Shown here in pieces: positions 47,074 through 56,357 of a stretch of DNA of 64,000 nucleotides. The notes below the pieces were generated by a model. That model made no database searches. It was given only the letters and a program-made list of their open reading frames with translations, and was not told the origin of the DNA. A program made the position numbers and the translations under genes. How positions within the stretch are numbered: the stretch's first letter is position 1; each line of letters starts with the position of its first letter. Origin of the DNA: an uncultured virus (IMG/VR IMGVR_UViG_3300047315_000487) (Duplodnaviria > Heunggongvirae > Uroviricota > Caudoviricetes); the IMG/VR virus record IMGVR_UViG_3300047315_000487. The stretch is one strand, 5' to 3'.

Positions 47074-47217
47074 CCTCTGGAGGTGCCACCGTGTCCCCTG
47101 CGCCCCGTGTTGCCGCCTCCCCCGTGACCCCCGCCACACTCCACCCCCGCCCCGTTGCCACCCCCGCAACGCCCGGCCACCCTGGCGTCCTCACCGTGGC
47201 AACAAAGGGGCCGGACC

Positions 47218-47541
47218 ATGATCTGTCCGTCGGGCAAGTGCGGTTCATCGAACGTCGAGTCCCTGCCGCACTACTGGGCGAGCCTCCCGTCGGACTCCCC
47301 ACTGAAGGCGTCACTCGCCCAGCCGCCGGCGGTCCAGGCCCAGTACCTGGTCGCGGTCGGCGTCGCCCTCTTCGGCGTCTTCGCGGTGGCTCAGGGCGCA
47401 CTGGCGGGCCTGCTGCTGGTCCTGGGCGGCGTGGTGTGGGGTGTGGTGACGCACGGCCGGGCGGAGGCTGCGGATTCGGCGCGGGCGGAGTGGGGCAGCT
47501 CGCTGATCTGCTTGGCGTGCACGGGGCAGTTCAGGCCCTGA
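47218..47541 (+). CDS. Two-TM membrane protein with split Zn ribbon
   Basis: CPSGKC at N-terminus, CLAC at C-terminus, two TMs. Confidence 0.65.
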   Translation: MICPSGKCGSSNVESLPHYWASLPSDSPLKASLAQPPAVQAQYLVAVGVALFGVFAVAQGALAGLLLVLGGVVWGVVTHGRAEAADSARAEWGSSLICLACTGQFRP

Positions 47542-47561
47542 GCTACCACTGAGGGCGGCAG

Positions 47562-47597
47562 GAAGCCCCCGGGCCCGTTGTGGGCGCCGGGGGCTTC
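47562..47597 (+). terminator. Putative terminator
   Basis: GAAGCCCCCGG / CCGGGGGCTTC. Confidence 0.5.
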
Positions 47598-47801
47598 GTC
47601 GGTTCCGTTGGCCGTGGGGTTCGTCAGTAAATCGCGCACGCTTTCGATTTGCTTACGATGCCGTCCCGCGTCTCCCTACCCACAGGTAGGGCCGTTAGTG
47701 TGGACTCGATTGGATGGTTCTCCGCACACCATGGGTCCGCCGAGTCGCATGTGGGGGCGACTCGACTACGGTGGAAGCGAGGAACGCAGAGGGGACCGAT
47801 C

Positions 47802-48254
47802 ATGGCCAACGTCAACGACGTAGCCGCATACATCCTGGCCAAAGCCGCACCGATGACCGCCATGAAGCTGCAGAAGCTCTGCTACTTCGCCTACGGCTAC
47901 CACCTCGCCTGGGAAGACCGGCAGCTCTTTCCCGAACGGTTCCAGGCCTGGGCGAACGGCCCCGTGTCCCCCGCGCTGTACGACAGGCACCGCGGCCGGT
48001 TCCAGTTGAACCGCGGCGACATCGCCGGCGACCCGTCCGTACTGGACGACGGCGAGCGCGAGACCGTCGACCTGGTCCTTGATGCGATGGGCGCCTTCTC
48101 GGCGCACGAACTGTCGAGCATGACTCATCGGCCGGGCCCGTGGCTGGCCGCCCGCGAGAGGGCTGGCGCCGCCGATCTGGAGCGGTCCACCGAAGAACTC
48201 CGCGACGAGGACATAGAGGACTTCTTTGGGGCGCTGGCGGGCAGCGACGACTGA
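47802..48254 (+). CDS. Panacea (DUF4065/SocA/GepA) antitoxin
   Basis: MKLQKLCYFA..LF.E.FQAWANGPV..LS.MTH..PW. Confidence 0.88.
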   Translation: MANVNDVAAYILAKAAPMTAMKLQKLCYFAYGYHLAWEDRQLFPERFQAWANGPVSPALYDRHRGRFQLNRGDIAGDPSVLDDGERETVDLVLDAMGAFSAHELSSMTHRPGPWLAARERAGAADLERSTEELRDEDIEDFFGALAGSDD

Positions 48255-48724
48255 TGGCCAAGGGGGGAAAGCCGAAGAAGCGGCTCGCCGTGCCCCCGAT
48301 GGGGCCTGCCAGCGGCAAGCAGATCGGCAACGCCAAGGGCCTGCTCCCCGGAGCGGGCAACTCGTCCGAGCGGTTGTGCTGGCGCTTCACCTATGTCGAT
48401 CACGAGAGCCGCTGGGATTTCTGCGCCATCACGCCAGCGCTGATGTGCGAGATCTTGGGCAAGATGTCCGCCTGCGAGTCCATGACCATCGACGAGCTGC
48501 GGAAGACCTGGCGGCTATTCAAGGACTACGAGCTGCCGGGCGGCCTGTGCAAGGAAGCTCTCGACCGCTTGACGGCGACAGGCCGCGATGACCAGACGAA
48601 GATCCAGCGTCTGGAGTTCAAGGGCACGCAGCGGCTGTACGGCTTCCTTGAAGACAACGTCTTCCACGTCATCTGGTGGGACCCGGACCACGAGGTCTAC
48701 CCGTCCACGCTCAAGAACACCTGA
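48254..48724 (+). CDS. Putative cognate toxin (RelE-like fold candidate)
   Basis: TGATG-coupled to antitoxin; RLYGF..VFHVIWWDPDHEVYP. Confidence 0.65.
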   Translation: MAKGGKPKKRLAVPPMGPASGKQIGNAKGLLPGAGNSSERLCWRFTYVDHESRWDFCAITPALMCEILGKMSACESMTIDELRKTWRLFKDYELPGGLCKEALDRLTATGRDDQTKIQRLEFKGTQRLYGFLEDNVFHVIWWDPDHEVYPSTLKNT

Positions 48725-48736
48725 CATCGACGGCCG

Positions 48737-48940
48737 TCACCCGAACAGTCCGTCCTGCGGCACGTCGAACCGCCCCACGCCCGGCCCGATCCGGATGCCG
48801 AGCTTCTGCCGGCACCGCGGCCCGAGCCTGTACATCCGCGAGATGCGGTCGTGCAACTCCTCATCGCACTCGTCGCATGGAACGACGACGCGCCCCGTCG
48901 CCAGCTCGTTGGAGCGGGCGAGGAGCGCGTCAGGAGTCAT
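48737..48940 (-). CDS. DUF6011-like Zn-finger protein
   Basis: CDEC..L.D..S...LGPRC. Confidence 0.65.
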   Translation of the reverse strand: MTPDALLARSNELATGRVVVPCDECDEELHDRISRMYRLGPRCRQKLGIRIGPGVGRFDVPQDGLFG

Positions 48941-48955
48941 GCGTCCAGTGTGCGG

Positions 48956-50308
48956 CTACGCGGCGCTCTCGCGGCCGGGGAGGCGCATCTCCAGGGTGTG
49001 GCCGCCGTCGACGTCCAGGAGCTTCACCAGCGGCACCGTGACGGCCTCTGGGCGCGGGATGGCCAGGGTCGGCGCCTGCTGCGGGATGACCGGGCGGGTC
49101 GTGGCCTGCCGCGTGCCCCACCCGTTGCGCCGCAGTGTGGCGAGCGCGTACAGCCGCAGGGGGATGAGGAGCGTCAGGTTCATCAGCGCGTACAGCGGCG
49201 CCGCGGCGAACGTGAGCAGCCGGTCGGTACGCGGCACCTGGCCGGCCGAGCGCAGGTAGTGCAGCGACCGGAACCATGCGGCGGCGGAGACGTACACGGC
49301 GTACCAGGCGAACACCGTCCAGGCGTGCGGGTTGCTGGCGAACACGGCGAGGGCGACCAGCAGGGCCGAGGTGAACGCGACCCACGTGGCGAGCTCGACC
49401 AGGTTGAGCCACCAGTAGGCGCGGCCCATCGAACTGACCTTCAAGGCCAGGAGGACGCCCTCGCGGATGAAGCTCTTCGTCCACCTGCATTGTTGAACGA
49501 GATACTTCCGAAGATTCTCCGGCACGTCGGTCCAGGCGACCGCGGTGGGCACGATCAGCGACTGGCCCTCCAGCAGGCAGTAGTACGTGAGCCGTCGGTC
49601 GTCGCCGAACGTGCACTCCTTGCCGAGGAAGCGTTGGCCGAGGAAGTCGTCGAGGTACTTCCGGACCGTCGAGCCGCGATAAAGGGCGAGGCTTCCGCAG
49701 GCGCAGAGGACGGAGCCGAGGCGGGAGTAGGCCACCCGCTCGCCGAGGAACGCATTCTGATACCGCATGTCGATCAGGCGCGTCAGCAAGTTCTTCGAGC
49801 GATTCGCGGCCAGGACAAGGCCGGTGACGGCGTGGACGCGGCGACGGGCGAACGGCCGGGCGGCCTCCTCGACGGCGTGTTCGTCGAGCACGGTGTCGGA
49901 GTCGATGCACAGGTAGATGTCGGCGTCCTGGCGGGCGTTGAACCCGGCGGCGAGGCCGTGGCGTTTGCCGCGGTTGACGGGGAAGCGGATGAAGTCCAGG
50001 CGGATCCCGGCGGCAGCGAACGCCGGGCGCAGATGGTCGATGACTCCGGCGGCGGAGCGGTCCTTCGAGCAGTCGTCGATGACGGTCAGCGAGTCGGGCC
50101 GGCGGGTCTGGTCGAGGATCGACTCCAGGCAGCGACGGAGCGCAGCAGGGTCCTCGTTGAAGGTCGTGACAACCCCGTGGATGACGTGGCTCGTCGCCCC
50201 GGCCGGCTGCTGCGCGGTGGGTCTGCGGCGCCGCTTCAGCGACGCGAGGAGCTTGATGGCGAGCAGGGAGCCGACGGCGATGCCGTACCAGCCCAGGTGA
50301 TTGTGCAC
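48956..50308 (-). CDS. Processive GT2 glycosyltransferase, hyaluronan synthase/NodC-like
   Basis: IDDCS, IDSDT, CACGSLALYR, FGDDRRLT and QQCRWTKSFIRE motifs; C-terminal TMs. Confidence 0.85.
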   Translation of the reverse strand: MHNHLGWYGIAVGSLLAIKLLASLKRRRRPTAQQPAGATSHVIHGVVTTFNEDPAALRRCLESILDQTRRPDSLTVIDDCSKDRSAAGVIDHLRPAFAAAGIRLDFIRFPVNRGKRHGLAAGFNARQDADIYLCIDSDTVLDEHAVEEAARPFARRRVHAVTGLVLAANRSKNLLTRLIDMRYQNAFLGERVAYSRLGSVLCACGSLALYRGSTVRKYLDDFLGQRFLGKECTFGDDRRLTYYCLLEGQSLIVPTAVAWTDVPENLRKYLVQQCRWTKSFIREGVLLALKVSSMGRAYWWLNLVELATWVAFTSALLVALAVFASNPHAWTVFAWYAVYVSAAAWFRSLHYLRSAGQVPRTDRLLTFAAAPLYALMNLTLLIPLRLYALATLRRNGWGTRQATTRPVIPQQAPTLAIPRPEAVTVPLVKLLDVDGGHTLEMRLPGRESAA

Positions 50309-50345
50309 AGGGGTCCCCCTTGAGTGTGGTTCGAGTGGTGGTTGG

Positions 50346-50558
50346 TCAGGTGCGGCGGGTCTTGGCGACGACGATGTCTACGCAGGCATCCGCGAGGCCC
50401 GTGACCCACGAGAAGTCCTCGTAGGTGATGCCGTGGACCGCCGCCGCAGCGAGCATGTCTTCCAGCAGCCGAAGCGCCAGGTCCCGCTGCTCCGCCGTGA
50501 TGGCCGGCCCATACCGCTGGACGGCGGCGATGGCCTCGGCCGGGGTGCGGGCGGTCAT
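50346..50558 (-). CDS. Hypothetical protein
   Basis: GAGGAG RBS; coupled ORF. Confidence 0.55.
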   Translation of the reverse strand: MTARTPAEAIAAVQRYGPAITAEQRDLALRLLEDMLAAAAVHGITYEDFSWVTGLADACVDIVVAKTRRT

Positions 50559-50876
50559 CGCTTCTCCTCCTCGTCGCTCCACCGCTTCTCGGCGGACGGG
50601 TCGTAGTGCTCGCGGTTGATGGCGCTCTTGCTGTCGACGTGGCCCGGGGACTTCCGGCAGATGAGGGTGTGGCCGTCCTTGGTGCGGGTGGCGAGGCAGA
50701 GGTCGTGGGCGGTCACTGCTGCTCACCATCTCGACACTGGTCGCGCCAGTCGTAGCGCAGCGTGCGGCGTTCCACGCACAGCCTGTCCCAGTGGTCGCGG
50801 GCGGCATTGAGCGCCTTGTAGGCGTCGTCGATGTCTGCGGCCAGGCGCCGCTCTCGGGCCTCGTACTCCTCGCGGG

Positions 50877-51305
50877 TCATGCGGTCCTCCGAGCGTTCGG
50901 ATGGCAGTCAGCCTCCGGACCGTGCCCGCAGTCGCACGGGCTGCCGGTCGGGCCGTGGAACTGGCAGGCGTCGGCGGCCGGTTCGACGAGCTCCAACCCC
51001 AGCCGCTCCCGTTGCTCCGGCGGCAGGAATAGGGCTGCGGGCCGTCCGGTGTCGGTCATGCAGGCCACGATCGCCTGGTCGTCCTCGCCGGTCGGCGGCA
51101 TGACGAGGCGGTCCCAGTGGAGGACGATCGGGGTCGTGTCGGCTTTCGCCTCGGCCTCGAACTCGTTGAGCAGTCGGTCGAGGCGGGCGATGACCGTGGG
51201 CGGGAGCGGCTTGCCTCGGGCGGCGTTGTCGATCCAGAGGACGGTGAAGGCGCGCAGGTTTTCGCGGGCCGATGGGGTGGCCTCGGGGGTCTGGGCGGAG
51301 TTCAC
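50877..51305 (-). CDS. Hypothetical protein
   Basis: Coupled early ORF. Confidence 0.55.
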   Translation of the reverse strand: MNSAQTPEATPSARENLRAFTVLWIDNAARGKPLPPTVIARLDRLLNEFEAEAKADTTPIVLHWDRLVMPPTGEDDQAIVACMTDTGRPAALFLPPEQRERLGLELVEPAADACQFHGPTGSPCDCGHGPEADCHPNARRTA

Positions 51306-51492
51306 GGGCGGGGCTCCTTACTGCTCGATGCATTCCGCAGGTCGGCGTAGTACTGGGCTCCCTTGCGAGTGAAGAACGAGTCGCAACTGAGCTGGCTGAC
51401 GGTGTCGGTGATGACGAACCAGCGCGGGCCGTACTGCTCGACGACGAATCGCGCCTCGGTCACGGCCTGCTCGGCGCGGGACAGGGGGGTGG

Positions 51493-51915
51493 TCACGACG
51501 CACTCCATCCGAGCACGTCGCCCGCCATACCCTCGGCGAGGGCCTTCATCGCGTCGTCGCCAGAGTCCTGCGCGACATGCTCGCCGCCGTGCTCGGCAAC
51601 CAGAGCGCGCACCAACTCGACGGGCACGTACCCGAAGAGGCGTCGGTCGGTCGGGTCCGACTCGTAGTCGGCGGTGTGCTCGGCCCAGGACTCGGGCGCG
51701 GTCAGCGGCTCAACTAGGTACACCTCCAGCGCGGTGTACGGGCCGGCGTAGTCCTCGGGGGCGTCGCCCAGGCCGTAGGACGCGGGGCGGGGCGTGCAGT
51801 ACGCGCCGGGCCCGGCCTGCACGGAGATCACCGCATCGTCGGTGAACCGGATTCGGCGGGGCAGGCGGCCGGTGCCGTGGGCGGCGATGTGGTCGAGGCG
51901 GTCGGTGTGGATCAC
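51493..51915 (-). CDS. Hypothetical phage protein
   Basis: ISVQAG..YCTPR..GYVPVELV; AAGGAG RBS. Confidence 0.6.
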   Translation of the reverse strand: MIHTDRLDHIAAHGTGRLPRRIRFTDDAVISVQAGPGAYCTPRPASYGLGDAPEDYAGPYTALEVYLVEPLTAPESWAEHTADYESDPTDRRLFGYVPVELVRALVAEHGGEHVAQDSGDDAMKALAEGMAGDVLGWSAS

Positions 51916-51951
51916 GGGTGCTCCTTACGGGATGGGATGCCGGGCCGGAGA

Positions 51952-52317
51952 TCAGGACGGGCAGGTGCAGGCGGGGTTCGCGGGGTAGCGGCACGGGGCG
52001 GGGTGCGGGGCCTCGGGCTGACCGTCGGGGCGCGCCACCACCTGCCAGCCGAACGGCAGGTTGCGGGTGGGGTCGTCGGGGTCGGGCGTGAACGTCGGCT
52101 GGTAGCGCAGCATGTAGCCGCCGTCGCGGACGGTGCCGCCGTGGTGGGCACCCGCATCGACTACAGCCGTCGGCTTCACGCCGAGTTGCTCGCAGAAGCC
52201 AGCAATCATGTCGATGTTGTACTCGGACAGGCGGTTGAGGGCGTTGGCCAAGTCCTGCCAGAGGGCGTACTCGATGGCGTCGTACATGCGGGCGTCGATG
52301 TCGCGCGGGCTGGTCAC
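51952..52317 (-). CDS. Hypothetical protein
   Basis: AAGGAG RBS; GTGA coupling. Confidence 0.55.
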   Translation of the reverse strand: MTSPRDIDARMYDAIEYALWQDLANALNRLSEYNIDMIAGFCEQLGVKPTAVVDAGAHHGGTVRDGGYMLRYQPTFTPDPDDPTRNLPFGWQVVARPDGQPEAPHPAPCRYPANPACTCPS

Positions 52318-52574
52318 TGCTGCTCCTTGCGGTCGCGGACGGGCAGGTCGGGGCGGACGTCGCGGAGGTGCCACTCCGTGACGGCTCCGTGGCCGCTCAC
52401 GGTGTCGACGAATCGGGCGCCGCATCCGCCGCCGGGCTTCGGGGTGTACCCGGAGATGTCGGCGTGGTGCGTGACTGGGGTGCCGTGGCGGTCGCGGAGC
52501 AGGGCGGGTTTCCCGCAGTGGCCGCACTCGGAGTCGGAGATATTGATGACGATGGTCGCGGTCAACTCGGTCAC
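52314..52574 (-). CDS. Hypothetical Cys-containing protein
   Basis: Start preceded by 19-bp repeat carrying RBS. Confidence 0.6.
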   Translation of the reverse strand: MTELTATIVINISDSECGHCGKPALLRDRHGTPVTHHADISGYTPKPGGGCGARFVDTVSGHGAVTEWHLRDVRPDLPVRDRKEQQ

Positions 52575-52603
52575 GTGCGGGCCCTCCTCGGGCTGTCGGT
52601 CGG

Positions 52604-52861
52604 TTAGCGCGTGGCGTCTTCTGTGCACCAGGGCGCATCGGCGTCGTCGTAGATGACAGGGGGGTGGCCGTCGGCGCGGTGGCCTGTCGGGGCGAACGTG
52701 ATGCGCGTCCGGGCTGTGGCGTCATCCGTCTCGGTGCTGGTGACGGTGCGGTCGTAGCCGGTGCCGTCGGAGATCCGCATGCCGGGTTTCAGGTCGCGGG
52801 CCTTGTGCCAGGTGGTGCGGGGGAAGGGGCCGGGCTTTCCGGCGAGGTTGGCGCTTCTCAC
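52604..52861 (-). CDS. Small beta-rich hypothetical protein
   Basis: KARDLKPGMRI; preceded by repeat. Confidence 0.6.
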   Translation of the reverse strand: MRSANLAGKPGPFPRTTWHKARDLKPGMRISDGTGYDRTVTSTETDDATARTRITFAPTGHRADGHPPVIYDDADAPWCTEDATR

Positions 52862-52884
52862 GGTGGCCCTCCTCGGGCTGTCGG

Positions 52885-53118
52885 TCAGGCGTCGGTGTCG
52901 TTGGCGGGCGGCATGTAGTGGACGATGTCGCCGGGCTGGAGCCAGACGGGCGGCTCCCACAGGTGGGAGTCGATGTCGAGGAGGTCCAGGCGTAGGCGGG
53001 CGGGCTGACCCGGGCACGGGTCCGGAGTGACCTGGTCGACGATGGCGCAGCGGTCGCCGAGGTCGGCGATCGCGCCGACGGGGAGGCGGTCGGCGGTGTC
53101 GAGCGTCATGCGGGACAT
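52885..53118 (-). CDS. Small beta-rich hypothetical protein
   Basis: ADRLPVGAI; preceded by repeat. Confidence 0.6.
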   Translation of the reverse strand: MSRMTLDTADRLPVGAIADLGDRCAIVDQVTPDPCPGQPARLRLDLLDIDSHLWEPPVWLQPGDIVHYMPPANDTDA

Positions 53119-53170
53119 GTGGCCCTCCTCGGGCTGTCGTCGGCACCCGGCCGCGAAGGACGGGCAGGGG

Positions 53171-53446
53171 CTAGCGGGTTGCGGTACGGATCGCGGCGAC
53201 GCGTGCTTCGCGGCTGGTCCGGCGGCACCTGTCGTTCGGGAGGGCGGTGACCTCGCCTGCGATCCGGAGGCCCCAGAGCTGGGCGGCGGGCGAGAAGACC
53301 AAGTCGACGCCTGACGCGCGGTAGCCCGTGCAACCGCAGGTCTCGACCGTGCAGTGGTCGGCGAACTTGTGGCCGTGGCCGCAGGGGCAGACGTTGGCGA
53401 TGGTGGTGGTCCAGTCGGTGATCACGGGCTGGGTGATGGTCTGCAT
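53171..53446 (-). CDS. Hypothetical Cys/His-rich protein, first gene of early operon
   Basis: CPCGH..HC..CGC; GGGGAG RBS. Confidence 0.6.
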   Translation of the reverse strand: MQTITQPVITDWTTTIANVCPCGHGHKFADHCTVETCGCTGYRASGVDLVFSPAAQLWGLRIAGEVTALPNDRCRRTSREARVAAIRTATR

Positions 53447-53485
53447 TGCGGGCTCCCCTGCGGTTGGCGATGACTCCACTCTAGA

Positions 53486-53582
53486 GGCCAACGCGTTGGC
53501 CATGCAAGTGGCCACACGGTTTGACTCATGATTCTTTCCGTGGTCCACTGGAGTGGCCTTCCCGATGGCCAACGGTGTGTGC
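53486..53582. promoter_or_regulatory. Four 16-bp operator-like palindromes, consensus GGCCA-N6-TGGCC
   Basis: At 53486, 53510, 53543 and 53567, between divergent genes. Confidence 0.7.
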
Positions 53583-53594
53583 GAACATGACCCC

Positions 53595-53870
53595 ATGGCC
53601 AGCAAAAACACACCCGACGACGACGCCCTTCGCCTCTACGGCCGACACAAGCGCGCCCACGACCTCGCGGCAGAACTCAAGGATCCGGTGCGAGAGCAGG
53701 CGGCACAGGATCTGAAAGCCGGGGTCACACCCGCGCAGCTCGCCAAGCTCACCGGACTCTCGGACGAGTTCTTCCGCCGCATCGCCCGCGCGGTCGGAGC
53801 CGACAGGCAGCGGGAGCCAACCGTCGGACGGGAGGCGAAGAAGCGCGCTGAATCCCAGCGCGAAGACTGA
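53595..53870 (+). CDS. Small HTH regulator
   Basis: AGVTPAQLAKLTGLSDEFFRRIAR. Confidence 0.7.
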   Translation: MASKNTPDDDALRLYGRHKRAHDLAAELKDPVREQAAQDLKAGVTPAQLAKLTGLSDEFFRRIARAVGADRQREPTVGREAKKRAESQRED

Positions 53871-53882
53871 CCGGAGGACCGA

Positions 53883-54419
53883 ATGCCCCACCCGCAAGGA
53901 CGCACCGCCGCCTACCGCCTCTACGACCGAGACGACAAGGTGATCTACGTCGGGATCTCCAACAACCCGCACGCTCGCTGGAGCGGCCACGCAGCCGACA
54001 AGCCGTGGTGGGGCGATGTCGTCATGCGCGAAGTGGAGTGGTTCGAGACTCGCGAAGATGCGGAGCGAATCGAGAGGCAGCTGATCGGGTCGCTCACGCC
54101 GCGATGGAATACCGCCCCCGGCATGCCCGAGCGCATCACTCCAGCCGCTCGCGGCCGCAAGATCCGCGCCGGATGGGAACCGCCTGCTGAGATGACTGCT
54201 CTCATTGCCCGCTATGAGCGGGAGCAGCAGATGATCGCCGCTACTCGCGATGAACTGGAAGCCTTCATCGTGGCCGAGATGACGAAGGGTGTGTCTGCCC
54301 ACCGGATGTCTAAGTTCCTGCCGTGGGAACCGCCAATGATCGCCAAGATTGGCAAGCGAGGGGCCGTCCCGCCGCTTCGCCCCGCCACCGTCGTAAGCGC
54401 CCGCAAAGCACGAGCCTGA
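53883..54419 (+). CDS. GIY-YIG nuclease-family protein with C-terminal HTH-like segment
   Basis: AAYRLYD..IYVGISNNP..RW..H..E..P.WN. Confidence 0.75.
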   Translation: MPHPQGRTAAYRLYDRDDKVIYVGISNNPHARWSGHAADKPWWGDVVMREVEWFETREDAERIERQLIGSLTPRWNTAPGMPERITPAARGRKIRAGWEPPAEMTALIARYEREQQMIAATRDELEAFIVAEMTKGVSAHRMSKFLPWEPPMIAKIGKRGAVPPLRPATVVSARKARA

Positions 54420-54645
54420 CTTCCCGACCGAGCGCCGCACCTCCCCGCCAGGTGTGGCGCTCGGCTGCGTCACCGGGATCACCGCCGTCCCCGCCCCCGT
54501 CCCCTAACCCGCCCGCAGACCTCGACCGCCGCGAACACGGCGAGGCCGACAGTGAGGATCACCCACCACGGCGGGAGCGCGTGGCCGGTGACCACCCACA
54601 ACGCGGCGGGCGACATGGCGGCGGCGAACCACGCGGCGAAGGCGA

Positions 54646-54897
54646 TCAACGTGCGGGTGCGGCCCACAACGCCTCCCTCGGCTTGACCATGTACGCGATG
54701 TCGGTATCCAGGTCCAGCCACACCAGCAGGCTGACCAGGGCGTGAGCGTCGGGGGCGCTGCCTGCCGCGATGCGGGAGAACGTCGGCGCGCTGATGCCGA
54801 CGATCTCGGCGACCTGCTTCCACCGGAGGCCCCTCGCGGCACGCTGGGCGTCCAGGCGGCGGTAGAGCTCTTCGACATCGAGCAGGTAGGCGCTCAC
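54646..54897 (-). CDS. XRE-like HTH protein
   Basis: RGLRWKQVAEIVGISAPTFSRI. Confidence 0.7.
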   Translation of the reverse strand: MSAYLLDVEELYRRLDAQRAARGLRWKQVAEIVGISAPTFSRIAAGSAPDAHALVSLLVWLDLDTDIAYMVKPREALWAAPAR

Positions 54898-56093
54898 CGG
54901 CCAGCCTCCGGCGTGATCCGGATGTCGAGCCGCATCTGCTCCCCATGCTCGGCCTCGATGAAGTCCCGGATCGTTCCGGCCCACCGATCAGCGTTGGCCT
55001 GGTCGGGGGCTTGGATGTCGATGGTGACGGTGGAGCGGCCGGGGAGTGTGGCCGGCGGGGTGGTGTCGGCCGGGCCGTCGAGGGCGGCTCGGAGGGCTTC
55101 GGCGTATCGCCGGTCGGGTGCCAGCGCGTTCTCCCACCGGTCAGCGAGCTGGCGGATGCGGGTGATGGCGGCCTCGGCAGTCTCGACGCGCTGATAGTGC
55201 AGCAGCCAGCGCGCGTTTGTGATGTCGCGGCCGACGGCCTTGCCGATGGCGGCGATGGTGCGCAGGGGCACGTAGGTGCCGCGCTCGCTGATCTCCCATT
55301 CGCCGACGGAGCGCTTGATCGTGGCGAGGGCGCTTTCGGCTTCCTGGCAGCGGAGGTTCAGGCGGCGGTTCGTCTCGCGGGCCTGCTGGAGTTCGGTATC
55401 GCGGACGGCGAGGACGGCGTTCGCCACGTCCAGGGAGGCGGGGACATCGCGGCGGAGCGATACCAGCTCGGCGCGGATGGCCCTGGCGTACTCGTCTCGC
55501 AGGCCGATGGCGCACCCGGGCTCGTGGTCTGGTGGGTAGAGCTCCATCGCGGATGGCTGGATGATTCCGCGTGTGCGCTCGTCGGCGGTGCAGCGCGCGC
55601 AGGGCTTGGTGTCCGGGGTTGTCCGGGCGGTCGCCGCACGCAGCAGCGCATCCGGCTCCCGTGCGCATGCCGTGCCGGGTTCGGGTGTCGGGCAGGTGAC
55701 GCAGATGGTCAGTCCGGCCCATGTGGCGGCGGGGCAGGTGGCTGTCGGCTTGTCCCGGCATCCGCATGCCTGCCGCTGGTCGGGCATGGGCGCGGTGGAC
55801 TCACCGAGCCCGGCCGCGCGGACCTGTTCGGCGAGTTCCGCCTGCTGGCCGTCGGTGAGGCAGTCGGGCCAGGTGCAGGCCGTCGGGTCGTACAGCGTGC
55901 ACCGTCCGGCGTAGGCGTGGCCCTCGGCGCACTCCTCACCACAGGCCGGGGCGTCGTCCCATTCGCGCCCGCTCCGGTCGCGGTGGTGCGGGTCGTGGTG
56001 TGGCCGCCGGTAGCAGCGGCCGGTGGAGCCGGGTAGTGGGCCGTTGAGGCTGCCGATGGCGCCGCAGGTGTCCTGCTCGGGCTGGTCGGTCAC
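54894..56093 (-). CDS. Hypothetical mosaic Cys-rich/coiled-coil phage protein
   Basis: 399 aa coupled ORF. Confidence 0.55.
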   Translation of the reverse strand: MTDQPEQDTCGAIGSLNGPLPGSTGRCYRRPHHDPHHRDRSGREWDDAPACGEECAEGHAYAGRCTLYDPTACTWPDCLTDGQQAELAEQVRAAGLGESTAPMPDQRQACGCRDKPTATCPAATWAGLTICVTCPTPEPGTACAREPDALLRAATARTTPDTKPCARCTADERTRGIIQPSAMELYPPDHEPGCAIGLRDEYARAIRAELVSLRRDVPASLDVANAVLAVRDTELQQARETNRRLNLRCQEAESALATIKRSVGEWEISERGTYVPLRTIAAIGKAVGRDITNARWLLHYQRVETAEAAITRIRQLADRWENALAPDRRYAEALRAALDGPADTTPPATLPGRSTVTIDIQAPDQANADRWAGTIRDFIEAEHGEQMRLDIRITPEAGR

Positions 56094-56296
56094 GGGGTGG
56101 GCTCCTCGGAGGCGTCGTGGCAGCCACAGAGGCAGCCGGTTCCGTCGTTCTGGCAGCCGTCGGGTGCGCAGACACCCTCGAAGCAGCGAATGCTCTTGTA
56201 CGTCTCGATAGCCAGCGCGCGGCCCTTCGCTGCGCCTTGCGCCTGTCGGCGGCTACGGAGTTCGTCGCGCTCGATACGGGAGGTGGGGAACGTCAT
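56090..56296 (-). CDS. Hypothetical protein
   Basis: GAAAGG RBS; CLCGCH. Confidence 0.5.
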   Translation of the reverse strand: MTFPTSRIERDELRSRRQAQGAAKGRALAIETYKSIRCFEGVCAPDGCQNDGTGCLCGCHDASEEPTP

Positions 56297-56357
56297 GGGC
56301 GTCGGCCTTTCGGTTGGGCCCGGCCGGTCGTCCCGGCCGGGCAACGGGCAGAGGTGG

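Larger units (their letters stand above)
52580..53139 (-). repeat. Three identical 19-bp start-associated repeats CGACAGCCCGAGGAGGGCC
   Basis: At 52580-52598, 52865-52883 and 53121-53139, each just upstream of a start codon. Confidence 0.85.

Noticed and set aside
52580..53139. CRISPR array
   Set aside because: Spacers of about 240-270 bp are whole ORFs, the repeat contains an RBS, and no cas genes are present
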